DNA of 64,000 nt, from positions 64,001-128,000 of the forward strand of contig CAWCDG010000005.1 of assembly GCA_963794325.1 (NCBI GenBank). Direction: 5' to 3'. The translations under genes were made by a program, and so were the position numbers. Of this stretch, positions 18,227 through 28,327 are shown piece by piece. A model generated the notes under the pieces. It was not told the DNA's origin. It saw only the letters and a list, made by a program, of their open reading frames with translations, and did no database searches. Origin of the DNA: an uncultured delta proteobacterium. GTDB taxonomy: Bacteria; Desulfobacterota; Binatia; Binatales; Binataceae. Position 1 is the stretch's first letter. The number at the start of each line of letters is the position of its first letter.

Positions 18227-19420
18227 ATGGATTTCAAGTTCAGCGCCGAGGACGAGGCGTTTCGCGCGGAGTTCAGCGGCTGGCTCAAGGCTAACCTGCC
18301 CAAGGCGGGGAAGAGCGAAGACGACGGCGACTTCATGCGCGAAAGCAGCGCCGACGACTGGAAGCGGCGGGTCGAGTGGCACAAAAAAATGCACTCGGGC
18401 GGATGGGTCGGAATCAGCTGGCCCAGGGAATACGGCGGCCGCGGCGCGACGCTCACCCAGCAGATCATTTACAACGAGGAGTTGGCGAAAGTCAGCTCGC
18501 CGATGATGGTCAACGGCCTCGGCATCATGCTGGTCGGTCCGACGATCATCCATTGGGGCACCGAGGAGCAAAAGAAAAAACACATTCCGAAAATTCTTTC
18601 GGCCGACGAGCTTTGGTGCCAGGGATATTCCGAGCCCGGCGCCGGATCCGACGTGGCCAGCCTGCAGACGCGCGCGGTCGAGGAAGGCGACTACTTTATC
18701 GTCAACGGACAGAAGGTCTGGACCTCGGACGCGCATCACGCGGACATGTGCATCCTGTTGGTGCGCACCGATCCCGAGGCGCCCAAGCACAAGGGCATCA
18801 GTTACATCCTGGTGGACATGCACAGTCCCGGCGTGACGGTGCGTCCGCTGGTGCAGATCACGGGTGACGCGAATTTCAACGAAGTGTTTTTCGAAGATGT
18901 GAAGGTACCGAAGAAAAATCTGATCGGCGAGAAGAACCAGGGATGGCAGGTCGCGATCACGACGCTGATGTTCGAGCGCTCGGGAATCGGCGGAGGCCGC
19001 GACATGATGGGACAGGTCAAGGAGCTGGTCGAGCTGGCGAAGACGATTCGCAGCAACGGGCACACGGCGTGGAACGATACCAGCGTGCGCCAGAAGCTGG
19101 GAGGTTTCGCGTGCGAGGCGGCGGCGCTGCGCTACACGGGATTTCGGCAACTGACGCGGAGGCTCAAGGGTCTGCCGCCGGGGCCCGAGGGTTCGGTGCT
19201 CAAGCTATGCACCAGCGAACTGAATTTGCGGATGAACAAATTCGCGATGGAGATGCTCGGGCCGTACAGCCAGATGGAATTTCACGCGCCGCATGCGATG
19301 GACAAGGGTAAGTGGTCCTACCGGATGCTCGCATCGCGGGCGCTGACGATCGCGGGTGGCACCAGCGAAATCCAGCACAACATTATCGGCGAGCGCGTAC
19401 TGATGTTGCCCAAGGGCTAG
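18227..19420 (+). CDS. Acyl-CoA dehydrogenase family protein
   Basis: WCQGYSEPGAGSD, NGQKVWTS, FNEVFF, TIAGGTSEIQHNII. Confidence 0.95.
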   Translation: MDFKFSAEDEAFRAEFSGWLKANLPKAGKSEDDGDFMRESSADDWKRRVEWHKKMHSGGWVGISWPREYGGRGATLTQQIIYNEELAKVSSPMMVNGLGIMLVGPTIIHWGTEEQKKKHIPKILSADELWCQGYSEPGAGSDVASLQTRAVEEGDYFIVNGQKVWTSDAHHADMCILLVRTDPEAPKHKGISYILVDMHSPGVTVRPLVQITGDANFNEVFFEDVKVPKKNLIGEKNQGWQVAITTLMFERSGIGGGRDMMGQVKELVELAKTIRSNGHTAWNDTSVRQKLGGFACEAAALRYTGFRQLTRRLKGLPPGPEGSVLKLCTSELNLRMNKFAMEMLGPYSQMEFHAPHAMDKGKWSYRMLASRALTIAGGTSEIQHNIIGERVLMLPKG

Positions 19421-19445
19421 TCACATTCTGCAGTGAGTACTTTAC

Positions 19446-19475
19446 GAAAGGCGGCCCGGAATCGGGTCGCCTTTC
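19446..19475. terminator. Bidirectional hairpin terminator
   Basis: gaaaggcggccc-ggaatc-gggtcgcctttc between convergent genes. Confidence 0.75.
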
Positions 19476-19478
19476 CAG

Positions 19479-22400
19479 TTAATGGCCGGTTCCATTCAGG
19501 TTGACGGTGCGGGGGCCGCTTGAGCTGTTGTTCTTGATCGTGAGCAGGCCGGGGCGCGGTCCCGTTGCGGTCGGAGCGAAGACGACAGCGTAGCTACAAG
19601 TTTTTTTCGGCTTGAGCGTCGTGCCGCAGACCCTCGAGAGTGTGAAGTCGCCAGTCACCTGGGTGCCTATCAGCAGAATCGGGACCTTGCCGCCGTTGCG
19701 CGCGGTTATTTTTCTGGCCTTGCTGCGCTTGCCCAACTTCGCGGTGAAAGTGGCAGAGCCTGGTGAGACGATCAGCGGCGCCGCCACGGTCGGCATCGGG
19801 GTTGGGGTGAGTGTCGCCGTAGCGGTCGCAGTCGCAGTCGCCGTTGCGGTAGGTGTCGCCGTGGATGTCGGCGTCGCTGTCGTAACCGGAGTGCGAACCA
19901 TGCTTGGTGTCGCTGACATGGTCGCCGTCGTAGATTGGGTCGCGGTAAGCGTCGCAGTGGCAGTCGAGGTCGCAGTGGCTGTGGCCGTCGCGGTAGGCGA
20001 GGCTGTCACGCTAGCGGTCGCGGTGATCGTGGCGGTTGCAGTTGACGTGGCAGTAGCTGTCGCGGTGGCGGTTGCAGTTATCGTAGCAGTAGCAGTCGCT
20101 GTCGCAGTCGGGGTAGCGGTAGTCGTCGCGGTCGCTGTGCTGCTGGCAGTCGCGGTGGCGGTGATTGTCGAAGTTGCAGTTGCGGTCGGGGTTGCCGAGG
20201 CGGTACGCGTCGCAGTCGGCGACGGAGTGCCGGTGCGCGTTGGTGTCGCGGTATTCGAAGCGGTTGGCGTCGAAGTCGGGGTCCTGGCACCCGTGGACGT
20301 AGGGGTTGGGGTTGGCGTCACGCCGGGCGAGCCTTCGCCCGACAGCTCAAATATCCCGCGCCCATGCGTCGCGGCGAAAACCACGCCGCTCAAATTCTGC
20401 TCGATATCGAAAACAGCTACCGCGGGAATCACGCCGAGGTTGAACGGCGCCCAGGTGTTTCCGCCGTCGGTGGTTCTGAAAATGCCGATGTCGGTCGCCG
20501 CGAGGACGGTGTTGGCGGTCGGGTCGTTGCGATCGACCAGCAGTCTCAAGACCGGAACGTCGGGCAGCGCGTTGATGGGTGGCGGACTCTGAAGCGTCGG
20601 ATTGCCGTCGGCCTCAATCCACGATCCGCCGAAGTCGGTAGTCACAAAAATATGCCCCATCCCGGTCGCCGAGGTGAAGCCCGAGAGGCTTAAGTATGCG
20701 ATCGAGGAATTGAACGGGTCGATCGCGATTCCGGTGGCCTGCGTCGAATCCGGAAACACAATGGGCGGCAATTGGGCGGTCTTGTCGGTCCAATGCGCGC
20801 CTTCGGGCTGTCCGGGATTGACCTGCATATCGGCTTGATCGGTCGTGAAGATTTTGAACGGGGTCGGACGAAAAGTGGTGCTGGTCTGCATCGCGAGCGC
20901 GTAGGCCTTGGTGTGGTCGGAGGGCGAAATCTCGAGATCTTCGAGCCCGCATTCGCCACTGTTGCATCTCCCGGTCAGATCCTGCGTTGTTTGCAGAGAC
21001 CAGGTTGCCATCGCGTCGTTCGAAACATAGACGGAATGCGCACCGAACAGGACGCGCTGTGCGACGGCAGGGTCGCTGGCTATCGGCGGAAAATAGGCAG
21101 CGCCGGGATCGCCCGCCGTCACCATCGCAGCCTGCAGCGCCGCACTCGACGCGGCGGAATTAAAAGTGACTCCGCCGTCGGTCGAGCGCGAGACCCACGG
21201 CCCCACAGTGGTAGTCGCGAAGGTGTGGTAGGCGAACAGTGGGTTGACGATGTCGAAGAGCGCGAAGCCGCCGTCGAGATTATCGACCTCGCTCCAGCTC
21301 GACGAGGGCGGCTGGGTCGCGTCAAAGCGGGCGGTGCCATTGTCCTGGAATCCCGCAATCACCACCGTGCTGTTAGTCGGATGAGGACCGACCGATTGCG
21401 CTTGTGCGGCGCCGATGCTCGTGTTCAGGGGGCTCCAGGCAAGGGTCCCGACGTCGAAGCGGTACAGCCCGCCGTCGTTGCCGAGGTAAAAGTTATGCGC
21501 GATTGCAGGATCGAACGCGATCGCGTGCTGATCCGAATGCGTCCCACCGGCCGGCGCGAGCGACGTCCAATTAGATCCGGAATTGATCGAGCGGTAGATT
21601 CCGACGCCGCCAAACACGACGGTGGCGCCGGTTGGGTCGGCGGGATCGATCGCCAGTGCCTGGTTGAAGAACGACTGCGAAAAGTTGCTCGAGTTGGCGC
21701 CGTCGATAGTCGTGGCGCCGACTGTCGCGCTCGGCACCGACGCCTGCGTCCAGGTCACGCCGTCGTTGGCGGATTTGTAGAAGCCTGCGAACTCGATACC
21801 GTCGGCCGCGCCAATGATCGCGTAGGCGACGCCGTTGGCCGCAGCAACGCTCGCGCGGCCCACTCCGCCGTTCAAGTTGGGCAGGCTGGCTAAGGTCCAA
21901 CTGAATCCCGAATTCGACGAGCGGAACACGCCGACGCCGAGAATCGAAACCAGGACGGAGGTTGGCGATGCGGGATCGATCGCAACCGACTCGGCGGGGC
22001 ACGGATCGTTGGTGAAGTACGGGCATGCGCCGAAGGTCCCCGCCGGATATGAAATCCACGACGCGCCGCCGTTATCCGAGCGCCAGAGCCCGTTCTGGCT
22101 GAAATCACCCTCGACCCACGACGCATCGGCCCGGTTGGCGGTCGAGCCGTAGGTCACCGCCGCATAGATTACTCGCGGCGTCCGCGTGGTATCGACTGCG
22201 AGCGAGGCAATCGACGCATGGGAAAAATTACTCGCACCGAGTTGCGTCCACGAGTTGCCGAGATCACTCGAGACGAATACTCCCTCGCCATAGTACGAAT
22301 CGGCTGAGCCGTTGCCCTCGCCAGTGCCGACGTAGAGCGTTGGATTCGGGGTGGTCGTGGTATCAAGCGCGAGGGCGCCGACTGACAGCGTCGGCTCAAG

Positions 22401-22928
22401 GTCGAATATCGGCGCGAAGGCCGCGGATGCATTTGCGCGCATCCATACGCCCCCATCTCCGGTGCCCACGAACAATCGTCCACTGACGGTAGCGTCTGCA
22501 ACGATAGCGGTTACTCGCCCGGTTACGCCGGCGAGCACGGGGCCGGTCGCCACTCCGCCGAACGTCGGAATCTCATTTTGCAATGGCAACGGACCGAGAG
22601 CAGTCCACGTCAATGAAGCGGAAGCCTGCATCGGATCAGAAGCATTCAGCGCCGCGCTTCCAACTGCTCTGCGCTCCTGCATTCGCATCTGTGCGATCGC
22701 TCTGCCATACGCTCCGTGCGGCAGTCCAAACCTGAGTCCTCGCTTGCTGAGGAAGAAAGCCTCGCGCGCCACGCGCTCGCGCGCGTGCAGCGCACCGGGC
22801 GCGTTGAGGTTAGCGCGTGCCGATCGAGAGCTCGCACGCATCGGGGAAGACAGAATTACGGCGAGGCCGGCCGCGAGCAGCAAGCCGCCGGCGGCGGCAA
22901 AAAGCCATGGCGAGAAAACTTTGGACAA
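19479..22928 (-). CDS. Large secreted BNR/Asp-box beta-propeller protein with Thr/Ala/Pro linker and C-terminal ASH/choice-of-anchor D-like Ig domain
   Basis: Signal peptide; many S.D.G..W Asp boxes; ATHGRGIF propeller end; long (TA/TP)n linker; CGTTLKPKKTC..F.PTATG.R.G.L. Confidence 0.85.
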   Translation of the reverse strand: MSKVFSPWLFAAAGGLLLAAGLAVILSSPMRASSRSARANLNAPGALHARERVAREAFFLSKRGLRFGLPHGAYGRAIAQMRMQERRAVGSAALNASDPMQASASLTWTALGPLPLQNEIPTFGGVATGPVLAGVTGRVTAIVADATVSGRLFVGTGDGGVWMRANASAAFAPIFDLEPTLSVGALALDTTTTPNPTLYVGTGEGNGSADSYYGEGVFVSSDLGNSWTQLGASNFSHASIASLAVDTTRTPRVIYAAVTYGSTANRADASWVEGDFSQNGLWRSDNGGASWISYPAGTFGACPYFTNDPCPAESVAIDPASPTSVLVSILGVGVFRSSNSGFSWTLASLPNLNGGVGRASVAAANGVAYAIIGAADGIEFAGFYKSANDGVTWTQASVPSATVGATTIDGANSSNFSQSFFNQALAIDPADPTGATVVFGGVGIYRSINSGSNWTSLAPAGGTHSDQHAIAFDPAIAHNFYLGNDGGLYRFDVGTLAWSPLNTSIGAAQAQSVGPHPTNSTVVIAGFQDNGTARFDATQPPSSSWSEVDNLDGGFALFDIVNPLFAYHTFATTTVGPWVSRSTDGGVTFNSAASSAALQAAMVTAGDPGAAYFPPIASDPAVAQRVLFGAHSVYVSNDAMATWSLQTTQDLTGRCNSGECGLEDLEISPSDHTKAYALAMQTSTTFRPTPFKIFTTDQADMQVNPGQPEGAHWTDKTAQLPPIVFPDSTQATGIAIDPFNSSIAYLSLSGFTSATGMGHIFVTTDFGGSWIEADGNPTLQSPPPINALPDVPVLRLLVDRNDPTANTVLAATDIGIFRTTDGGNTWAPFNLGVIPAVAVFDIEQNLSGVVFAATHGRGIFELSGEGSPGVTPTPTPTSTGARTPTSTPTASNTATPTRTGTPSPTATRTASATPTATATSTITATATASSTATATTTATPTATATATATITATATATATATSTATATITATASVTASPTATATATATSTATATLTATQSTTATMSATPSMVRTPVTTATPTSTATPTATATATATATATLTPTPMPTVAAPLIVSPGSATFTAKLGKRSKARKITARNGGKVPILLIGTQVTGDFTLSRVCGTTLKPKKTCSYAVVFAPTATGPRPGLLTIKNNSSSGPRTVNLNGTGH
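19790..20320. repeat. Low-complexity 6-bp-period coding repeat (Thr-Ala/Thr-Pro linker)
   Basis: Runs such as gtcgcagtggca; translates to TATATA/TPTPT. Confidence 0.85.
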
Positions 22929-23139
22929 AGCGACGACCCCCCTTCCGGCCCACGTCCAATAGTCACTCTACTCTCATTATATGTACGAACGAATAACATA
23001 ATGAGTATCCAGTCGATTACTCATTTAGTATTGTTCCCGTCTAACTGAGTATTCCTTTGCCTACGGCAGGCTGCGCTTGGCGTTGCCGCTGTGTGCGGAG
23101 GGAGCGAAGTGCTCGACGAAAGATAACGTGCTACGGCGG

Positions 23140-24051
23140 TCAGACTGCGGCGATTCGGAAGCCAATCTTCGGGAAGTGATTAACGATCCTGCCCAACTCC
23201 GGAACCTCGCGCTCGATTGCGATCTCATGAATCGAGCTGACGACCACCCTGCCGGTCACCGGATCGAAAGCGTAGTCGTCGGGGGTGATCGAAACGCGGG
23301 TCCCGGCCTCGAGGCCGTTGGGATCACGCGAGTCGACGTTCTCGGCGGTGGCGGGCGCGCTGTCTTTCGCGATCTTGAGAGCCTCGTCGGGATCCATCGG
23401 GCGCACGTCGCCGTAACCCATCGCATCGATACGTTCGAACCATCGCATGAGATGCGTAAATTTTTGCGCGAGGCCAAATGCGGTCGGCTCGGCGCGCAGG
23501 AACCACACCGGATGGAAACAGGCAGCATCGGCAAGGCTGAACGAATCGCCGAGCAGGAATGGCGACGAGGCAAGTTGGCGATCGAGGATTTCGAGGAATG
23601 CACGCAACTGGTTTCGCGAATCGGGGGCCGAGCGTGCGATATTCCCGAAGTCGGCGCCCTGCATCATCTTCGAACGGTCTTCGATAAATTCCTTGGGCAC
23701 CACCGCTGCGAGCTTCTCGAAAATCACCGGCGTCGTCGACCAGAACATCCGGCGATCCGCCCATTGATTCATCGTGTCAGCCGCGGCGGTCAAACCGCCG
23801 GGATAGATTGTCGGTTCTGGTTTCAGCTCGTCGATTTTCCTGATGATGATTCCCGTGTCGCACCAAATGTCGGCGCCGATTTGCAGCACCGGGATTCGCC
23901 GATAGCCGCCGGTGAGCGGCACCAGCTTGGGCTTCGGCATAATCACTGGCTGTTCGACCGAGCGCCATGTAATTTTTTTGTGCGCGAAAATTTTGCGGAT
24001 CTTTTCAGAGAAAGGTGACGTGGCATATTGGTGCAAAATTATTTCGGGCAC
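23140..24051 (-). CDS. Glutathione S-transferase family protein
   Basis: HQYATSPFSEKIR, TGGYRRIPVLQIGADIWCDT, HFPKIGF. Confidence 0.93.
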   Translation of the reverse strand: MPEIILHQYATSPFSEKIRKIFAHKKITWRSVEQPVIMPKPKLVPLTGGYRRIPVLQIGADIWCDTGIIIRKIDELKPEPTIYPGGLTAAADTMNQWADRRMFWSTTPVIFEKLAAVVPKEFIEDRSKMMQGADFGNIARSAPDSRNQLRAFLEILDRQLASSPFLLGDSFSLADAACFHPVWFLRAEPTAFGLAQKFTHLMRWFERIDAMGYGDVRPMDPDEALKIAKDSAPATAENVDSRDPNGLEAGTRVSITPDDYAFDPVTGRVVVSSIHEIAIEREVPELGRIVNHFPKIGFRIAAV

Positions 24052-24138
24052 GACTTACTCCTGCGGGTGCAGTATTTGGAACGATCCTTAGCGCATTGAA
24101 TTTTTGCACGCCAGTAGAAACCTGATAAGTTCGCGCTC

Positions 24139-24792
24139 ATGCATGGCCATCACGAATTCGATCTGTATGACGCGATTTACACCACGCGCTCGATGCGGCG
24201 GCTGAAGCCCGATCCGGTGCCGGCGGCGCTTATCGTCAAGGTGATCGAGGCGGCCACGATGGGTCCGAGCGGGCATAATCGTCAGCCCTGGTTTTTCATC
24301 GTCGTCACCGAATCCGAGACGAAGAATTTCGTCGCCGAACGTTATCGCAAGGCGTGGGAGGTAGTGTTCACGCCGACCGAGCGAGAAGTTGTCGCCAACG
24401 ATCCTCAAAGCCAGCGCGGGCGAAATCTGCGCTCGGCAAAGTATCTCGCCGAGCATATCGCCGACGTGCCCGTGATGATTTTCGCATGCGTGAAAAAATA
24501 CACCGATCGCGCTCGCGCCGGGCAGCCGATGTTGGGTGCGATTTACCCGGCGATTCAGAACCTGTGCCTGGCGGCGCGCGGCTACGGACTCGGCACGTCG
24601 ATCACCGGGATGCACACGATGTTCGCGAAGGAGATCGACGCGATGCTCGGCGTGCCGTCCGAATACGCGAACGTCGTGCTGATCCCGATGGGCTATCCGA
24701 AGGGCCGATGGGCGCGACCCGATCGCAAGCCGGCGCTGCAAGTGACGTTCTGGGGAAAATGGGGCAACCGGCGCGAGCTGATGCCCGATTGA
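24139..24792 (+). CDS. Nitroreductase family protein
   Basis: TTRSMRRLKPDPVP, PSGHNRQPW, AIQNLCLAARGYGLGT. Confidence 0.92.
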   Translation: MHGHHEFDLYDAIYTTRSMRRLKPDPVPAALIVKVIEAATMGPSGHNRQPWFFIVVTESETKNFVAERYRKAWEVVFTPTEREVVANDPQSQRGRNLRSAKYLAEHIADVPVMIFACVKKYTDRARAGQPMLGAIYPAIQNLCLAARGYGLGTSITGMHTMFAKEIDAMLGVPSEYANVVLIPMGYPKGRWARPDRKPALQVTFWGKWGNRRELMPD

Positions 24793-24793
24793 A

Positions 24794-25006
24794 TCACGCA
24801 TCGATGACGGCGAGCACTACGTTGCGCTGAATCTGATCGCCCGGCTTGACGCGGAACTCCTTGAGGCGCCCGCTGGCCGGCGCCTTGACCGGTATCTCGA
24901 CCTTCATCGACTCGATCACCATCAACTCGTCGCCGCGCGCGATTTGCGCACCACTCTCGACCGACAGTCGCAGCACCTTGCCTACGGCGGGGCTCTTTAT
25001 ATCCAT
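24794..25006 (-). CDS. Stand-alone biotin carboxyl carrier domain protein
   Basis: IESMKVE biotinylation motif, 70 aa. Confidence 0.88.
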   Translation of the reverse strand: MDIKSPAVGKVLRLSVESGAQIARGDELMVIESMKVEIPVKAPASGRLKEFRVKPGDQIQRNVVLAVIDA

Positions 25007-25144
25007 CGCTCAGCATTCCTTGATCGAGCGTGATAGCAGGCACGGCCCGAATGTACCAGCATCGAAAAAACGCCTTGTGTTTTCGGGCCGCTTGGTTGTA
25101 GAGAGACTAAATCGGCGCGATCGTGCGGCTAATGGAGAGACGGC

Positions 25145-26500
25145 ATGAACAGTTTCGTCGCGGCTCGAACGCTCACTGAATATCCGCGCGGCCGGCATCG
25201 ATGGTCGCTGCTGATTCTCACGGTGCTCGCCTCGATTCTCGGCGCGTACGACTTCCAACTCGCCCCGCTGCTGCCGATCCTGCTGCCCTACCTGCACATG
25301 AGCCACACCGCCTATGGCCTCTTCATCACCTTCACCGTGCTGATCTCCGGCATCTCGGCATTCTTCGGCGGCCCGCTCGCCGATCGCTACGGCCGCGTCC
25401 TGATCATCGACATATGCCTCGGCTGCGTCACGGTCCTGTTGTTCCTGAACGTCTTGATCACCAACATCGCGACCTTCGTGATCCTGCGCACCTTGATGGG
25501 AATCGTCGCGGGCCTTACCGCCGGCGCCGGCGCCGCGCTGATTCGCGACATGTCGCCGCGGCTCAGCCGCGCGCTCGCCTTCGGACTGCTGACGATAGGC
25601 CCGGTCGGCGCGAACTTCCTGGCCAACTACGTCGCCGGCGCGACGCTGCCGATCTACCACACCTGGCAATCGCAGATCTGGATCATGGGATTCCTCGCGG
25701 TCGCGATGTACATCCCAATCGTGATTTGGCTGTGCGACCTCAGCCCCGAACTGCGTATGCAGATCATGAAGACCGAAATCCAGGCGCTCGCCGCCGAAGG
25801 ACGCTTGCCCGCCGCGTCGGAGATCCCGTCCGGCACGCGCGACGCCTTCCGCCGCCTGCTCGGGCATCTCGAGGTCTGGCTGCTGGTGCTCGGCATCACC
25901 GCGAACCTGACATTGTACTTCGCGATCCAGGGCTTCGGTCCGCTGATGTTCACCGAGGCGTTTCACTATTCTCCGTCCGAAGCCGCGAAGATGAACGAAT
26001 ACTTCTGGCTCACCAATCTCGGCGTACTCGTGCTGACCGGACTTGTCTCCGACCGCCTGCAAATCCGCAAACCGATCGCAATCTTCGGCGGCATCCTCGC
26101 GTCGCTCCTGATGGCGTGGTGGATTCCAAAGTTCGGCACTGAGATGCCGCGCGCGACGCTGATAATGGTCGCGTCGCTGATGGGATGCTTCCTCGCCATC
26201 GCATACGTGCCGTGGGCCGCGCAATTCTCCGAGGCGCTCGAAGACGTCTCGCCCGCTTTGCAAGCCACCGGCTGGGCCTTCTTCGGCCTGGTCGCGCGCG
26301 CCTGGGTCGCGATCTCGGCGCCGCTCTCGCTCTACGTCGCGGTCCACTACGGATGGGGCGAATGGGTCAAAGTCGCGCTCGGCGGAATGATCATCTACAT
26401 CGTCGCGATGGCCTTCACGCGCGGCCACGCGGCGGTTGAGGAGCACGCTCACGCGGTGCCCGCGAGTGATCGCGTGACAGCCGGCAAATCCACAGCCTAG
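25145..26500 (+). CDS. MFS transporter
   Basis: About 12 TM; motif A GPLADRYGR and GLVSDRLQIRK. Confidence 0.92.
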   Translation: MNSFVAARTLTEYPRGRHRWSLLILTVLASILGAYDFQLAPLLPILLPYLHMSHTAYGLFITFTVLISGISAFFGGPLADRYGRVLIIDICLGCVTVLLFLNVLITNIATFVILRTLMGIVAGLTAGAGAALIRDMSPRLSRALAFGLLTIGPVGANFLANYVAGATLPIYHTWQSQIWIMGFLAVAMYIPIVIWLCDLSPELRMQIMKTEIQALAAEGRLPAASEIPSGTRDAFRRLLGHLEVWLLVLGITANLTLYFAIQGFGPLMFTEAFHYSPSEAAKMNEYFWLTNLGVLVLTGLVSDRLQIRKPIAIFGGILASLLMAWWIPKFGTEMPRATLIMVASLMGCFLAIAYVPWAAQFSEALEDVSPALQATGWAFFGLVARAWVAISAPLSLYVAVHYGWGEWVKVALGGMIIYIVAMAFTRGHAAVEEHAHAVPASDRVTAGKSTA

Positions 26501-28053
26501 GGGCGCATCGTGCGCGTACGAATCCCCAGCTGCGTCGGAACGATCTCGTACGCCTGATGGACCCAGTCGACTAGCAGCGGCCGGGTGTCGCGCGGATCGA
26601 TTATCTCCTCGATGCCGAACGCCTCAGCAGTACGCAGCGGCGATCGGATAGCGTTGAATTTATCTTCGAGCTCCTTGCGCAACTTTTCCGGATCGCTCGA
26701 CGCCGCGAGGTCGCGCTTGTATGCCGCCTCGATTCCGCCCTCGATCGGCAGCGAACCCCAATCCGCCGACGGCCACGCGTAGCGAAAATTCAAGCCCGTC
26801 GTGATTCCATGACCCGCACCGGCGACGCCGAACGCCTTGCGCACCATGATTGCCACCAGCGGCGTCGTGGTCTGAAACATCGCATACAGCGCGCGCACGC
26901 CGCGGCGGATGGTCCCGGAAATCTCGGCCTCGCGCCCAATCAGAAAGCCGGGCTGATCGACAAAATTCACGATCGGCAGATGGAACGTGTCGCAAAGGTC
27001 GATGAACTTGACCATCTTGTCCGACGCCGGCCCGTCCAGCGACCCGCCGATCGAGAACGGATCATTCGCCATCACGCCGACCGGGAATCCGTCGAGCCGC
27101 GCGAAGCCCGTCACCAATGACGGCCCGAAGAACGGAGTCATCTCGAAGAATGAATCGCGATCCATCACCAGCTCGAGGATTCGCCGCGCGTCGTAACCGT
27201 GGCGGCGATTGCGCGGCACGATACTGATCAGCTCCTCTTCGCGGCGAGCGGGATCGTCGTCGGGCGTCGTCCGCGGCGGAACTTGCCAGACGCTTTGCGG
27301 CAGGTACGACAGGAAGCGACGAATCTGCGCGAGCGCGTCGTCCTCGCTCTCGGCCTCGTTGTCCACCGCGCCGCTCATGTGAGCATGAATTTCGGCGCCG
27401 CCGAGTTCCTCCTTGGTCAGATCCTCGCCGACGCCCCATTTGACGACCGGCGGTCCCGCGACGAAGAGCTGACTCGTCCCGCGCACCATCACCGAGAAAT
27501 GCGACGCCGCCACCCGCGCCGCGCCGATTCCCGCAACCGAGCCCATGCATCCCGCGACGACAGGCACCTCGCCCATCAATTTCACCAGCACGTCGAAGTC
27601 CGGATTGGCCGGGACGTAAGTCCGCTTCACGGTCTCGAACGATTTCACGCTGCCGCCGCCACCGGTGCCATCGACGAGCCGGATAATCGGGATGTGCAGC
27701 TCGTGCGCGATCAGCTCCGCGTAGCTGCGCTTGTTGCCGATATTCGCGTCCGCCGCACCGCCGCGCACCGTGAAGTCGTCGCCGCCGACTACGACGCGCC
27801 GCCCGTTGATCCGTCCGGTACCACCGACGAAGTTCGCCGGCATGATCGACGCAAGCGTCTCGCCCTCGTACTTCGGCGCCCCCGCGAGCGCGCCGTACTC
27901 GTGGAACGTGCCCGGGTCGAGCAGCCGCTCGATACGCTCGCGGACGGTGAGCTTCCCCCCGTCGTGCTGCCGCTTGATATTGTCGGCGCCACCCATTCCT
28001 TTCGAAAGCTCAACGCGGCGCCGAATCTCCTCGACCTCTTTCTCCCACGACAT
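26497..28053 (-). CDS. Acyl-CoA carboxylase carboxyltransferase subunit
   Basis: GKLTVRERI, DDFTVRGG, AGPPVVK, EELGG, IIDPRDTR. Confidence 0.93.
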   Translation of the reverse strand: MSWEKEVEEIRRRVELSKGMGGADNIKRQHDGGKLTVRERIERLLDPGTFHEYGALAGAPKYEGETLASIMPANFVGGTGRINGRRVVVGGDDFTVRGGAADANIGNKRSYAELIAHELHIPIIRLVDGTGGGGSVKSFETVKRTYVPANPDFDVLVKLMGEVPVVAGCMGSVAGIGAARVAASHFSVMVRGTSQLFVAGPPVVKWGVGEDLTKEELGGAEIHAHMSGAVDNEAESEDDALAQIRRFLSYLPQSVWQVPPRTTPDDDPARREEELISIVPRNRRHGYDARRILELVMDRDSFFEMTPFFGPSLVTGFARLDGFPVGVMANDPFSIGGSLDGPASDKMVKFIDLCDTFHLPIVNFVDQPGFLIGREAEISGTIRRGVRALYAMFQTTTPLVAIMVRKAFGVAGAGHGITTGLNFRYAWPSADWGSLPIEGGIEAAYKRDLAASSDPEKLRKELEDKFNAIRSPLRTAEAFGIEEIIDPRDTRPLLVDWVHQAYEIVPTQLGIRTRTMRP

Positions 28054-28124
28054 ACGATTCTCCTGGCAGATAAGATTCCTGATCCTATAGACCATGCAGA
28101 TACGAATTCACGCAATCTGATTTT

Positions 28125-28201
28125 AGTGGCACAGGCTTTAGCCTGTGATTTTCTGGTCCATGAAATCCAGGAAAGAATCACAGGCTGAAGCCTGTGCCAC
28201 T
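28125..28201. repeat. GTRG-type REP doublet in inverted orientation (REPIN-like)
   Basis: aGTGGcacaggc-tt(t/c)a-gcctgtgatt at 28125-28150 and its inverse at 28176-28201, with 1 mismatch. Confidence 0.85.
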
Positions 28202-28327
28202 TGAGCAATGCTACCAACCCGGCGGGCGCAGCCGCCGGCTGGCGCGGAAAAAAGACGTCGGATGCCGGGGCGTTTCTCGGGCGTGTTCTTCCTGTTAGTT
28301 TCAATTGGTACTTTCAGTTTTTGCATC

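Noticed and set aside
19612-20592. 326-aa Val/Ala-rich ORF on the + strand
   Set aside because: Antisense shadow of the Thr/Ala linker.
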